DNA of 64,000 nt. Source: Macrostomum hystrix (lineage: Eukaryota; Animalia; Platyhelminthes). The position numbers were made by a program, and so were the translations under genes. This document shows, in pieces, positions 1 through 12,167 of the stretch (its first letter is position 1; each line of letters starts with the position of its first letter). Location: positions 7,440,001-7,504,000 of the forward strand of contig CATNEN010000001.1 in assembly GCA_950097015.1 (NCBI GenBank). Direction: 5' to 3'. Below the pieces are notes generated by a model. It was given only the letters and a program-made list of their open reading frames with translations, searched no databases and was not told the origin of the DNA.

Positions 1-750
1 GAAAGAAAACAGAGGAAAGAGGACAGAGAAGAGAGGACAGAAAAGAGAGGACAGAGGAGAGAGGACAGAAAAGAGAGGACAGAGGAGAGAGGACAGAAAA
101 GAGAGGACAGAGAAGAGAGGACAGAAAAGAGAGAACAGAGGAGAGAGGACAGAAAAGAGAGGACAGAGGAGAGAGGACAGAAAAGAGAGGACAGAGAAGA
201 GAGGACAGAAAAGAGAGGACAGAGGAGAGAGGACAGAAAAGAGAGGACAGAGGAGAGAGGACAGAAAAGAGAGGACAGAGAAGAGAGGACAGAAAAGAGA
301 GGACAGAAAAGAGAGGACAGAGGAGGGAAACGACAGAGAAGAGAGGACGGAGAAGAGAGGACAGAGAAGAGAGGACAGAGGAGAGAGGACAGAGGAGAGA
401 GGACAGAAAAGAGAGGACAGAGGAGGGAAACGACAGAGAAGAGAGGACAGAGAAGAGAGGACAGAGAAGAGAGGACAGAGAAGAGAGGACAGAGGAGAGA
501 GGACAGAGAAGAGAGGACAGAGAAGAAACGACAGAGAAGAGAGAACAGAAAAGAGAGGACAGAGGAGAGAGGACGGAAAAGAGATGACAGAGGAGAGAGG
601 ACAGAGAAGAAACGACAGAGAAGAGAGGACAGAAAAGAGAGGACAGAGGAGAGAGGACAGAGAAGAAATGACAGAGAAGAGACGAAAGAAAACAGAGGAA
701 AGAGGAGAGAGAAGAGAGGATGGAAATAAGAGGACGGAAAATAGAGGACA
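1..750. repeat. GA-rich degenerate minisatellite (AGAGAGGACAGA-type, ~14-15 bp unit)
   Basis: Continuous gagaggacaga(a/g)(a/g)a units from the window start to ~750. Confidence 0.95.
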
Positions 751-1178
751 GTGAGATCTTCAAACTGAGATTTCACGGAGGTGCAACTTTAACTGTTTTC
801 GATTTTAATTTTAATGTAGCGCAAACAAAATAGTGATTTGCTTGCTAAAAATTGAGTCAATTAGCTCATATTAATTTACAAGTACTAAATTACTTTTGGT
901 AATTTAGAGTCTACCTGCGTGTCAAACGCAATAATTTAACTGCATTAAGTTAACCCGTCCTTTAAAAAATCCCTTTTTGGTCACGATGTCAGGTCTAACC
1001 AGCCTGACATCTAGGCATATTTTAGGGGTGTGATAAGGCAGGTGGACAGCCTAATTATTGTTCTAATGATATTGTCTTGTGTAGTAATCCATAATAACTT
1101 ATTATATTATATCCATTAGACTTTCAGCCCAGTATGGAGGCTAATTTTGCAATTGTGTCAAATTATGACGCAACGTAA

Positions 1179-1607
1179 GGAATTTGAGAGTCAGATGATC
1201 GAACGTCAGGAATTTGAGAGTCAGATGATCGAATGTCTGGAATTTGAGAGTCAGATGATCGAATGTCTGGAATTTGAGAGTCAGATGATCGAATGTCTGG
1301 AATTTGAGAGTCAGATGATTGAATGTCTGGAATTTGAGAGTCAGATGATTGAATGTCAGGAATTTGAGAGTCAGATGATCGAATGTCTGGAATTTGAGAG
1401 TCAGATGATCGAATGTCTGGAATTTGAGAGTCAGATGATCGAATGTCTGGAATTTGAGAGTCAGATGATTGAATGTCAGGAATTTGAGAGTCAGATGATC
1501 GAATGTCAGGAATTTGAGAGTCAGATGATCGAACGTCAGGAATTTGAGAGTCAGATGATTGAATGTCTGGAATTTGAGAGTCAGATGAGAGAATTTGAGA
1601 GTCAGAT
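1179..1607. repeat. 30-bp tandem repeat (~14 copies)
   Basis: Unit ggaatttgagagtcagatgatcgaatgtct; explains the spurious ORFs 1141..1734 and 1147..1629. Confidence 0.97.
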
Positions 1608-1994
1608 AGGATGTTATATTGTAAGCTAGAAATTGATGAATATCAAATACGAGCGTAATAATTGATTTTTCTTGGACAGCACGATAATTCTGAAGTCTGG
1701 TAAAGCTGATAACTTTTTTCCAGCTCTGAATCAAATCACTCGATCAACTTGTCAGTCATGCATTATCAGATTTCTTTCACTGGATTGCTCTGAAGTGTCT
1801 GAGGCTAAGATAGTTACGCATCTGCTTGATAAGCTTAAAATAACAATGTCTAACACCCGCATAATGTTTTTCTTAACAGTGTTTCATCTTTCTAACAAAT
1901 AGCAAATATTTTAACTATCGAGTATCCTTAACTGGCTATTATACTTTCCTAAAATCTACTTTCAAGGTATCTTATTGAATTTTTTGTTTATGGA

Positions 1995-2050
1995 TGTAGT
2001 TAGAGCGTCGGACTGACGAGTCAATGGTCAGGGGTTCGATTCCCGACTAT
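1995..2050 (+). mobile_element. SINE family A, tRNA-head fragment
   Basis: gttagagcgtcggact...ggtcaggggttcgattcccgact matches the head of the full copy at 18617. Confidence 0.75.
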
Positions 2051-2067
2051 ACAGCTGGTACAATTTG

Positions 2068-2218
2068 TATTGGAGGTTGGCCCTCAATCGCGTAAATTGC
2101 CGCGACAAGCCCTCAAGCCTTCTCTGCGCCCCAAATGAATGTGGCCTCGCCGCGGAATCGAGCTCGGGACCTTTGTGCGAGACGCAAACGCTTTTGACCG
2201 CTCTGCCACTCACCACCC
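2068..2218 (-). mobile_element. SINE family B, 5' portion
   Basis: Reverse complement gtggcagagcggtc...ctcgcac...gagctcgattccgcggcgaggccac...gggccaacctccaa matches copies at 19410, 33085 and 50912. Confidence 0.85.
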
Positions 2219-2839
2219 GCCTCTCTGGCTTACGAAGGTCGCGAAGGACATCCGTCTGTTGTGATGGCTAACAGCTGACATAAAGCCAGGTAGGAAAAAT
2301 TATATTCTGCGAATAAGCTACCCAATAGGATAGGATGCGGGAACATACGTTCGAGTATTAAGTAGAAAAGTTTATGGGAAGACGAAAGCTAAAAATTCGG
2401 ATGTACAAAGAGGCTGCAGAAATATGTCCTTCCTCTGTCTGGCTTCCTAAGAAGAAAGGCCAAAGCGATTGCGGTTGTACACTTCAACGCCAGTGGAAAG
2501 TGAAAGAGTGAAGGAAAATCTTTAACCGATATGTACGGTCGAGGGCCATTGCGATTGTGTCCTTCGACCCCAGTTGGGCTAAAGCTATATCACAGCACAC
2601 GTTTTCTTAGCGAGCGTTTCATAGATTCTTTTTCTTAAATCGACATAATTTTTAAGCGTCATTTGATTATTTTCAAAGTAAATTTGTGTTGAAATCCCTT
2701 GCAATTTATAAGGTAATTTTCAGATAAATGACTTTTTGTGATTATCGTATTTAGCTTGCACATATCTGTAAGTCTGTAATGTAGTCGTACTTCGATTTTT
2801 TCAATCTAACTATGCGCCTGATCTTTCTTCTTTGTTAGT

Positions 2840-3050
2840 CTTTTTCTGTCACTTTTTCCCGACACTCTTCTTCTGTCACTCTTCTTCCGTCACTCTTCTT
2901 CCGTCACTCTTCTTCCGTCACTCTTTTTCTGTCACTTTTTCCCGACACTCTTCTTCCGTAACTCTTCTTCCGACACTCTTCTTCCGTCACTCTTCTTCCG
3001 TCACTCTTTTCCTGTCACTCTTTTTTGCCACTCTTTCTTCTTTTGGTCTT
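2840..3050. repeat. CT-rich ~14-bp tandem repeat
   Basis: Repeated tcactcttcttccg units. Confidence 0.9.
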
Positions 3051-3445
3051 GTTCTGTTAGTCGCTTTGTTTCCTGTTCGTTTTTTTCAGAATCGGTTTAA
3101 TTTTGTCGCTTACTATAGCTGGATAGATCGACACAAGAAAGCACAGTTTTAAATTATTGCCTCAAATTTTCCAAGCATGCTTAGGCAAGGTGCGTACGAC
3201 CTGCTAAATGAGTGAAGGCCCTCTCATTAATAGTCACAGTATGATTAGGAACCATTTTTGTCAGGTGCATAGAACGGCAATGATCTTTGGGTTAGACTTT
3301 TTTCACGGCACGTTTTCACAACCAAATATTCATCGCAAATTTTGTTTCGTCAACTCAACGTGACAAATTTTCATTTTGGTGACTTTTTTCTACTCTAAAG
3401 ACAGATTAAATTCAAGAATATAAGCCTGCTGATTCTCTGATTAGC

Positions 3446-5401
3446 TTGAAAAAACTAATTCCACTTTTTCCACTTTTAGAAGACGGCAACAGATTTGGAA
3501 TGCTTCAGCAGCACCAAGACGTGTCAGTGAAGTCTGCTGTGGGAGCAGCGAGTCTTCGCAGAGGAGCGAGTGTGTCGCTGTCCAGTCTAGACGAATCTCT
3601 ATTTCAGCAGAGCTTCGACGACGATATGAGCTCACTCGGCGAGACATTTCGTCATAATCTCTGCGATGACAGCCAGTCTGAAGGAGGCGATGAGATTGGT
3701 GGACAATTTCTGCAACAGGTGGCCGACATTAACGCACAGATGGCTGCTCAACTTGTAGGCTTAACGCGCAAGCACTCGATTGAGCTTCGCCGATGTGATG
3801 AGACCAAGACAACAGAAGTTGACGACCAAGCGACATTCATGCCGAGCGCCAATGATGGTAAACATGCGCTGACGTGTCGGGAATCAGTAACCACAACGAT
3901 GGCAACAGTAAACAGTGAATCAGCATTCGATATTTCGCAGCTCCAAGCTACCACTGCCAAGAATCATAAAACAACCGATAGAAAAAACGACTCAGTTGAG
4001 CACAAGAAGAAACCCGATAGCCAGAAAGTTTCCAAGAAACAAAAACGACAACAGAAGCGTCGGAGTTATCGTCGACTAACTTTGGAGCTGCTCACTTCAG
4101 ATGACGAAACGAACGAGTTCTATGAGCAGCGACGGAGTCCTTACCTGGAGCCCTTGACACGACAGAATCGTCAGGCTCAGGAGCCGAATCGCAGGTCGTC
4201 CTTTGAGACTCTATACGGTGACGAGTTTTGGACACCCGCGCTTCAACTGGAAAAATCTGGCCATTGCGGCTGCAGCTGCCATGACGACGAGCCGATTCGA
4301 GCACTTTGTGTGCCACTGGACTGTACTATGGACGTACAGAAAGAGAGCTCTGCCATTGGCTGCAAGCAGAATGGAGAGAACAGAACAGAGCCCAATGTGC
4401 ACAAAGCTCCAGTGCAAGAGACAGCTCTGCCAGCTCCTAAAACTGACGCGACAAGCGAAAATTCAAAGGAGCTACTTGGGTCACCATCGACCAGACCAGT
4501 TACAGACCAGTCGACAGCGACATACCGAATGGCAGGAAGCCAAACTGGCTCTTCCACTGAATCAGCTGGGAACGCCTCTCAATACCAAGTGTATCCTCGA
4601 AGGGGCACTCTTTCAGAAAAAGATCAACAGAAGCTACTCCAACGGCACACAGCCGGTGTCAGGTTCTCGATTCCGGCATCAATCATACCTCGCTCACTGA
4701 ATGCACCATTTCGCAACCACAATCACTTCTCTGAAAGTGAACCGCCACCGCCGCCACCTGCACCGAGATTGCGTCGAGTGGTGCGTTTTCGAGCTGGTAG
4801 CTTTTCGCAAGATCTGCTTGACATGCAGGTACAGCAAGACCTGCAGCCGGGACATCAGTCGTCAAGACTGGAGATCGGAGTCCTTCTCCGTGGTACGCCA
4901 CCATCCCGTCTACACATGGGAGCTGGAGCTCGACGAAGCGAAGAACTCATTGTGACAAATCTTCGTCGAGTTGACAGCCACGATCCGGTGTCGCAGCTTG
5001 AGTTCATGTGTCAAGCGATGCGACTCAATGACGCCGATCTGATGGATGGCGCGGCCAGACGCGACTGCGTTGGACCTATGCCACCGCAGAGGCCCCGACA
5101 GCAGCCGCAACCACCGCCACCGCCACCTCCACCGCCGCCCCGAAGACGATGGAGCACCAGCAGCTACCAGAGTCCGCCTCTGAGACCCGATCGCGTCAGA
5201 GACGATCAAGCTAGAAGGCGGTTTTTATGGGGCCTAAATTCACAGCAACTTCAGCAACAGCTGCAGGCGTCGCCAAACTTCATCGGCCGAGCCTCCGATG
5301 GCGATCGCGCCAGACTGCAAGGTTGGTGGCTGGAGGCTAGAAAACGATCAACTGTGCAACCAACGATTGGTCGATTGTCTCGATTTTATCCAATGAATTA
5401 G
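3446..5401 (+). CDS. Large orphan intrinsically disordered protein (Pro/Gln/Ser-rich), single long exon
   Basis: 651-codon open frame, GC-richer than its AT-rich flanks; first ATG at 3500; poly-Pro tracts, basic cluster KKQKRQQKRR, RVxF-like motifs; no recognisable domain; upstream exons possible. Confidence 0.7.
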   Translation: MKKLIPLFPLLEDGNRFGMLQQHQDVSVKSAVGAASLRRGASVSLSSLDESLFQQSFDDDMSSLGETFRHNLCDDSQSEGGDEIGGQFLQQVADINAQMAAQLVGLTRKHSIELRRCDETKTTEVDDQATFMPSANDGKHALTCRESVTTTMATVNSESAFDISQLQATTAKNHKTTDRKNDSVEHKKKPDSQKVSKKQKRQQKRRSYRRLTLELLTSDDETNEFYEQRRSPYLEPLTRQNRQAQEPNRRSSFETLYGDEFWTPALQLEKSGHCGCSCHDDEPIRALCVPLDCTMDVQKESSAIGCKQNGENRTEPNVHKAPVQETALPAPKTDATSENSKELLGSPSTRPVTDQSTATYRMAGSQTGSSTESAGNASQYQVYPRRGTLSEKDQQKLLQRHTAGVRFSIPASIIPRSLNAPFRNHNHFSESEPPPPPPAPRLRRVVRFRAGSFSQDLLDMQVQQDLQPGHQSSRLEIGVLLRGTPPSRLHMGAGARRSEELIVTNLRRVDSHDPVSQLEFMCQAMRLNDADLMDGAARRDCVGPMPPQRPRQQPQPPPPPPPPPPRRRWSTSSYQSPPLRPDRVRDDQARRRFLWGLNSQQLQQQLQASPNFIGRASDGDRARLQGWWLEARKRSTVQPTIGRLSRFYPMN

Positions 5402-6809
5402 TCTTTCTGTTGATCTTTCATCATGTCAGCTGTGATATCTACTATTCGCTCAATTGACAGTCCTTTTTAGTCAGCTTATCAAAAACGAAATAGGCTTTAG
5501 TATTCAGTATAGACTCATGGTGCTTAATTTAAGCCATGGCTACCGCAAATTGAATAGTCTATCCAAAATCCAATTGCAGGACAAAACGGTTTCCGCTTTC
5601 ATAGGTATGATATTTCCATTTATTGTTAATTAGTTTACCTTATTGCCTAAGTACAAAACTGAAATACCTGAAATTGCATCTGATTGGTGTGAATTAACAA
5701 TTTATTGACCTCTAGTAATAAGTCGAATTATACGCATGAGGAAGGCTAAAGACGAAAAATTGACATTTTCCAACGAACTCAACCATAACGGAGTTTTTTA
5801 CTTCACTAAAGATTCAACTAGAAATGAATCATAAAATAGTTACTTTTACAATTGGTACGTGCTGCATGCTGTTTTGTTATTATAATATTGTCCTGGATTG
5901 CCTAATAAATGTTTATAAATGAGGCTCTAATTTTAATAATAATTCCAATCTTTACTTTTCAGTTGTCGGTTGGCATCTGCGGAAGTTCGTTCAGTATTTC
6001 TGTTGTAACAGTCGACTTTTAAGCACGAATTTTGAATTCTAAAGAATTCTAAATCAGTTTTTTAATGCATCAAATGTATTATTTTCAGCTTGCGCATTCT
6101 TGCCTAACTTTGTTTATTTGAATCTGAATTAATTTAAGCTTTTAAATTTTAGCTTGTTTAACGATCGTAATGCACTCGTAATTGTTGCGTCTTATTGTAT
6201 GTTTATGTGATGATTCAAATGTCTCCTCAAACAAATTGAACGAGCTAGCAAAAAAATGATAAAAATAGTTAAATAGTTTAAATAATTAAATAATAAATAA
6301 TTTAAATTCCCAGTAAAAGAAATATTTGATGAACCAATCACACAAATCATACCAAATATATAAAGAAAAACTTCAACTATACTACTACCACTATAATATA
6401 TTAAATTGCAAAATTTTATTTAGCAAAATCGTTGAAAATTGGTTCGCTAAACATGTGTGAGAAAAATATACAGGTTACTCTTATTGTAGGAAATAAAAGC
6501 ATATAATCCATGCAGCACATTATTAAAAGGTAAGTACTGCGTATTACGGAAAATTGAGCAAAATTTAAGATGCGTTTTACAATTCGTTTTAATAGTTTAC
6601 CAATCATGATAAAAGTTTTATGCTAATTCTTTTTTAAAAAGTGAAATACGGTCGTTCTTTCGGATAACTTTTTCAAGTTTCATTGCATTTATATTTTAGA
6701 AGTTGAATTGTAAAATAAAAAATCAACACGGCGTGTGTAACTTTCAGTCACTTCAACCAAGGGACCAGCCACGTCACATCAGGGCAGCATTGCAAATCTG
6801 TAAAACTAA

Positions 6810-7675
6810 TCACGGACTCTGCAACGAAGAAAAGTGAAGCAGCTGCAACACGAACCAGCATATTCCGCCATCAAGCCGAACGTAAAGGACGGGACAGCGG
6901 AACAAGATGGCAGTGGTTGCCAAGGCAACCATCCATTGTTGACGTTGAGTATGACAGCTCAGTATCGACTTCGGGTGGCGAAGACGACGATGTTGATATC
7001 GCTTCGGTGTCTACCACAGTGGTCGGTGATGTCAAGGATGACTGGTCAGATTCTGGAAGTGACAGGCAAGGTAGGGCAATATACCGAAATACATGACTTG
7101 CTTTCCCCATCAAAAGGCCGGAGCTCCAGAATATCCACTTCGACATGCCTCAGATCACCCACCGTTCTGGCGTTCATTCCTCGATCGCCTTCGGGCTGCC
7201 AGTGGTGGCGGCGGCGACAACTTCAACAGCGGCGCCATTCAGTCATCGATGAAAAACGCCTCTATGCTACGCAAGGCTGCTTCAATGAGCAATGTGGACA
7301 GCCATTGCGGTAGCAAGCGCCACAGCAGCTACTTGGCGTTGGTGCTCTCACCGGCCAGAAATTTGCCGGAGCAACAGCCGGTGCAGCAGCTCCAGCCGGC
7401 TGCTCGGTTCTGGAAGACGCTCGAGGTACGGTATGGCTCCGAGTCCGAGCTTAGCAGGCTGCCAACTGATGCGCCTGCCAGAGCCTACGAAGAGCTTACC
7501 TCCACCGCATCCGCTGCTCGATGCCGGACATCATACTTTGTACATATCCGGCCCTGCAGCTGGCGAAGTCAGCCAACTCTGCGGGAAGACGATGCGGAAT
7601 AGACAGACAGACTGGCTGGCTAAACCACGCAAAGTCGTTTTCCAAGAGGACGTTCAAATCATCCGGGCTTCTTAA
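6810..7675 (+). CDS. Probable coding exon(s) of an orphan disordered protein; frame and splicing unresolved
   Basis: GC-rich island with protein-like frames (SIVDVEYDSS...DDWSDSGSD; 7093-7602; terminal KPRKVVFQEDVQII); possible short intron at ~7071-7116. Confidence 0.4.
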
Positions 7676-8354
7676 ACTTTAATCCTATAAAATAGTTCCA
7701 GTTTAATTGGGCTTCATTAATCTGTCTCTATAAAGAGGTTTTTTGGGATGCAAACTTTTCATCTACACCTTTTTTCTATGGAATCGCTTCCCTATCACAG
7801 GATGATCACACTTGGGTCACACTAGCGGGACATGGGTAGTCAGGGGTTTTGGTTTGGGCATTTTATTCGTGGGCGAAACAGCTACAGTAAGTCTGCGACC
7901 CGATGTTTTCTAGTGGATCATAGTAGTCATCAGGAGAAGTTTGAACACAAATTATTTTATTGGAATAAAGTTCAGGAAGCTCAATAATCCCCATACGAGA
8001 CTTTCAAAGAAATCAATGTTCTTTCTCGTGACACTGTTGATTCCCTTCCCATTATTCATGAAGCGTACATTTATGTGATTTCGTTAATTAAAAAAATGCT
8101 TGAATTATTTTAATCTGAAACGCTGGATTTCCATGTGTTTGCAAAATAAAGAACACGTATCAGCCAACAGATTCCTAGGGGGGTAAATTCCAAGTTTGGA
8201 GGAAAGAACTCGACCATAGACTATTTCAGATGAGCAATTCAGTGTATTCCTTCATCCATGGGCTAATGCTTAAAAGTCTTAAGCGGATAAATTTTGTTGA
8301 GGAGTAAGTCATCAATCTAGAAATCGAACATTTATTTCGTTAAAAGGCTCTTCA

Positions 8355-9888
8355 ATGTCAATCGAACATCACAACTACTGCGTTTATTCTCGGCAATTCT
8401 ATTTGCCGTGCTTTGAAGATGACGATCTTTCAAACCTGAACGTCAATCTCAACAACAAATTAGATTCTAATGCCACCATTGATCCCACTTCGGGACAAAG
8501 TGCAATAGAACAGACAGAAGAAGAAGCGTCGGAAGTGAAAAAACACGCTGAGGAGGATGAGGGCGAAGAGACAGCTAACACTTCGAGGCCAGTTCGCAGG
8601 ACCCCATCGGATGGCGGCGGACTCTCGCTGGCTGATAGAGAAGAAAGCGACGTAAGAAAATCACTGGCGGAAGAGAACGACAATGACGAATTCAGCCAGA
8701 TAATGAACCAACTTCCTTCTCTGACATTTTTGGATCAGACGGTGTCAGGGAAGGGCTCGCAAGTACAACCGAATATAAATCTGTCGTACTTCAGCGATAC
8801 AACCAGTAGTTTCATTGCTGGGCTAGAAGAGCAGACCGTTGACGTCATGAGGCAGCTGTTTCGCAATGACCCCTCACTGCATCAGGACATACTGAACTAC
8901 GTTGGCACTAGATCGATGGACGACAAAATACTAATGGCGGACACCAAACTGCTGCCTAATTGGCGGATTCAGTTGACGGTCATTCTATCTTTTTGGCTTG
9001 TCAACTGCGGTCTGTGCTGCATTTTATGCGCTATTGTTGGCATGGCAATGACAAGTAAGAGTTCGTTTAGTTTTGATGGCAATGACAAGTAAGAGTTCGT
9101 TCAGTTTTGATGGCAATGACAAGTAAGAGTTCGTTTAGTTTTGATGGCGATGACAAGTAAGAGTTCGTTTAGTTTTGATGGCAATGACAAGTAAGAGTTC
9201 GTTTAGTTTTGATGGCAATGACAAGTAAGAGTTCGTTTAGTTTTGATGGCAATGACAAGTAACAGTTCGTTTAGTTTTGATGGCAATGACAAGAAGGAGT
9301 TCGTTTAGTTTTGATGGCGATGACAAGTAAGAGTTCGTTTAGTTTTGATGGCAATGACAAGTAACAGTTCGTTTAGTTTTGATGGCAATGACAAGTAAGA
9401 GTTCGTTTAGTTTTGATGGCAATGACAAGTAACAGTTCGTTTAGTTTTGATAGCAATGACAAGTAAGAGTTCGTTCAGTTTTGATGGCGATGACAAGTAG
9501 GAGTTCGTTCAGTTTTGATGGCGATGACAAGCTTACAAAATGATCCTTTGAGAGTGGAGCGGCGATGATATAAAGAAAATCAGAGTGCTTAACAACTGTC
9601 ATAGGCTTTATATAAATAATTTTTTTAGACAATATAAGAAAAAAGCATCAGCCAATTGGTCGGCTAAAACCTAGTGACGATTTTTATCTCTCTGCAGGAT
9701 TCCAAGTCACCAAGAATCTGAAGTTGGGCCGTTTCGACATGAAAGTGTCTTGGTTCACTATCTGGGCTCTCGGCGTTCTGCTGATTGTGATCAACTTTCT
9801 CGTCATCAACTTCTCACTGTTCATTAGAGCCCTACTTAAGTTAATGAGTGAAAATAGGGCACAATTTAGTAGTTTAAAGTTTGATTAA
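8355..9888 (+). CDS. Two-exon orphan protein (296 aa): acidic disordered N-terminus plus two C-terminal TM helices
   Basis: Exon 1 8355-9054 ends at ACAA|GTAAGA; exon 2 9698-9888 starts after tctctgcAG; phases match (1+2), giving ...GMAMT-RFQVTKNLKLGRFDMKVSWFTIWALGVLLIVINFLVINFSLFIRALLK...FD*. Confidence 0.7.
9041..9531. repeat. 34-bp tandem repeat containing the exon-1 splice donor (~14 copies)
   Basis: Unit gatggcaatgacaa|gtaagagttcgtttagtttt; period 34 (gttcg at 9061, 9095...). Confidence 0.95.
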
Positions 9889-10689
9889 ATAAACCGACGG
9901 TTTTGAAGTTGGTTTATTGGATGCTGAATGACTAAACTTATTGATAAACGAGAAAACTAGTAAACAAACTGATAAAATAAAGAAGTCAACTTGATATGGT
10001 CTACTGAATTTAAGAACATTATGTTGTTGTTCTTTTCAATAGGCTGCAAAAAAATCAAAAGCTAATTATAAATTTGATATTTACATTCAAGGGCATTGCG
10101 TACAGTTATTTTATTTATTATATTGATCCTCCATAAGTTTATGAGTTCGAATCCTCATTAAGGTGGCCTAATTATCAGAAGTACTTATGTCTTCCTTTTA
10201 TCTACGAGTATCTGTATATAGTTTTCTTCTATGGCGAACACAGACAGTATCAAAGGCCATCCACCTCTATTTAATTAGCGAATTCAATTAGGTTAGTTTC
10301 CTTTAAAAAGATGATTAATTTTCAGATCACTGAAATTCTGCAATCGGTATGGAGTTGAGACACGCGAAGTCCTTCTAAAACAGTCCGCTCCGCTCGTCCG
10401 ATGGTTTCACTTAGGATGCTAGTAGCTAGCTAAAGCTTTCACTCAAAACGCACTTTTAATTATATTGTTTATCGTTCCTAACAAGCTGCTATATTTGGCT
10501 ATTATACTTGTCAATTTGACAATCAAATTAAATCGAAATAAAAAAGTTGATATATGTTAAATTTCTGGCAAGTAGACAAGGCTTATCAATGCTTTTACGA
10601 GTTATAAACGGCCCGAGACAGGCTGATGTCCGTGAACTAGCATTTAAGCGCGCGTTTTGACGCTTCTCATTTCTGGGCCCTGCGCCCAG

Positions 10690-10964
10690 AATAATTATTA
10701 TTAATTGATTCCACCTGCCCCAATCGGGCCAGTGTGCAGCTGACAGCACAGTCGCAGCTATTGCGCGGCGCATCTGAAGGCTGCGTACGGCTGTTCCGTC
10801 CATGGACTGGGTGGACGACACACCCACCTTCAATTATCCCTGCTAATGCTGGTACCCATTTAACAGCTGGGTGAACTGAAGCACTGCAGAGTTAAGTGTC
10901 TTGCTAAAGGACACAAATTGTTTCAGTGGAGTCAGGAATCGAACCCCCGACCTTTAAGTTGTGA
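10690..10964 (-). mobile_element. SINE family A (CORE-type tRNA SINE)
   Basis: Reverse complement of the 18617 element, 5'-truncated, AT-rich tail. Confidence 0.9.
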
Positions 10965-11048
10965 TTATAATAATATTTAATTATTATTAATATTGATATT
11001 AAATAGTACTATTTTATTACAATAGTTACTTTTTTATTTATTATTATT

Positions 11049-11204
11049 ATTGTACCATGACTACGTGGCTATCGGGCGGGCTGATATTCGATTATTGCCA
11101 TAGACGATGTCATTTTGGCCCGAAAAGTTGGGCCGATAATGGATTATTTTTGTGTATTTTAACGTATAGCCACATACTATAAGCCACATAGTCTATGGTA
11201 CAAT
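11049..11204. mobile_element. Small TIR element (MITE) with CAT(A)GAC...GTCTATG-type ends
   Basis: Inverted repeat attgtaccat-gactacgtggct / agccacatagtctatggtacaat. Confidence 0.55.
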
Positions 11205-11209
11205 CACAG

Positions 11210-11304
11210 TATTACCCAGGCTTTGCGGGCGATAATGAGAAATCCCTCGGGCGCCTTCGGCGCCCTCTGGCTTTCCTATTATCGCCCTGAAAGCCTGGGT
11301 AATA
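11210..11304. repeat. 95-bp imperfect palindrome (foldback) with a GGCGCC-TTC-GGCGCC apex
   Basis: tattacccaggcttt..gggcgataat...attatcgccc..aaagcctgggtaata. Confidence 0.85.
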
Positions 11305-11400
11305 ATATACTATTAAACTTTTAGAACCATTATTACGACAGGTCAAAAGCTAAATATATTTGGTGACTGAACGAAGTCACAGCACGATTTTATAGAGCAG

Positions 11401-12167
11401 CTACAAGTGATAATTCGTCAAATATTTCATCAAACGTCGGGCCCTACTCGTGTTAAAAAATAACTCTTTTAGATTAACTCTAGCATCGTATACATTCCTT
11501 CTAAATTTGCTACCCCTCTGTGTCATTTCTGGGATGCCAACACGATCCGGGAATGTCATATCTATGGTAAAACCTCTTAATGCCATGCACGCGTCGGAAA
11601 TATCGGAACAAAGCAGCTCGGTATCCGATCAACGTCGATGGAGAATACAATTCACGAATCAAACGAATCAAACTAAAAAAAACGTAAGCCAGCCAGAATC
11701 TCAATACGAGTAGGACATGTCTCCCAAACGATGCTGATTCCTCGAGTGGCGAAAAAATCAGTAAGTTTTCGCACAGCAGCACACTCCTTGAAAACACTGA
11801 TTGCATTTTGGCATGTCTTCTCCAAGTCTTCTACCTTGGCATTTAACTGGTTAATTATGACCGAGTCCATTGGAGCGTCTATAGCCGAAATAGTGTCGAA
11901 GTACTAATCCTCTGTTGAAACGTCCAGTTGATCAATCGACAATGCACTCAACTCGTTCTCAATGTAGGACAAGCAGATATCATGTTTCTCGGCGTTCATC
12001 CTCTTCTCGAGTTCTTCTAGCGAAAGACCCACCACGTCTCCGCGAGAAATATCCAGTAAACCACTCGGGTAGCTGCTGTGCTCCATATCAGGCGATTTTA
12101 GATGCTCGTCTAGGTTCAGGTCGTCTTGGATTCTCTCGGACTTAATATTCGATAGATATCCTTTCAT
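11401..12167 (-). pseudogene. Disrupted Crypton-like tyrosine-recombinase N-terminal region
   Basis: ORFs 11904-12167 and 11673-11870 share a frame separated by one TAG; after a frameshift in an A-run the frame reads LRFF..IR..YSPSTLIGYRAALFRYF, resembling the Crypton/DUF3504-associated YxPxSL...RYL motif. Confidence 0.5.

Noticed and set aside
1141-1734. Long repetitive ORFs here and at 28724-30290, 34712-36360, 46446-47306, 47830-48966, 55235-55780 and 57069-58481
   Set aside because: They are translations of stop-free tandem repeats, often open in several frames and mostly intronic
9041-9531. CRISPR-like 30-34-bp repeats (also 1179, 18041, 54685)
   Set aside because: Head-to-tail units with no unique spacers, no cas genes and a eukaryotic context
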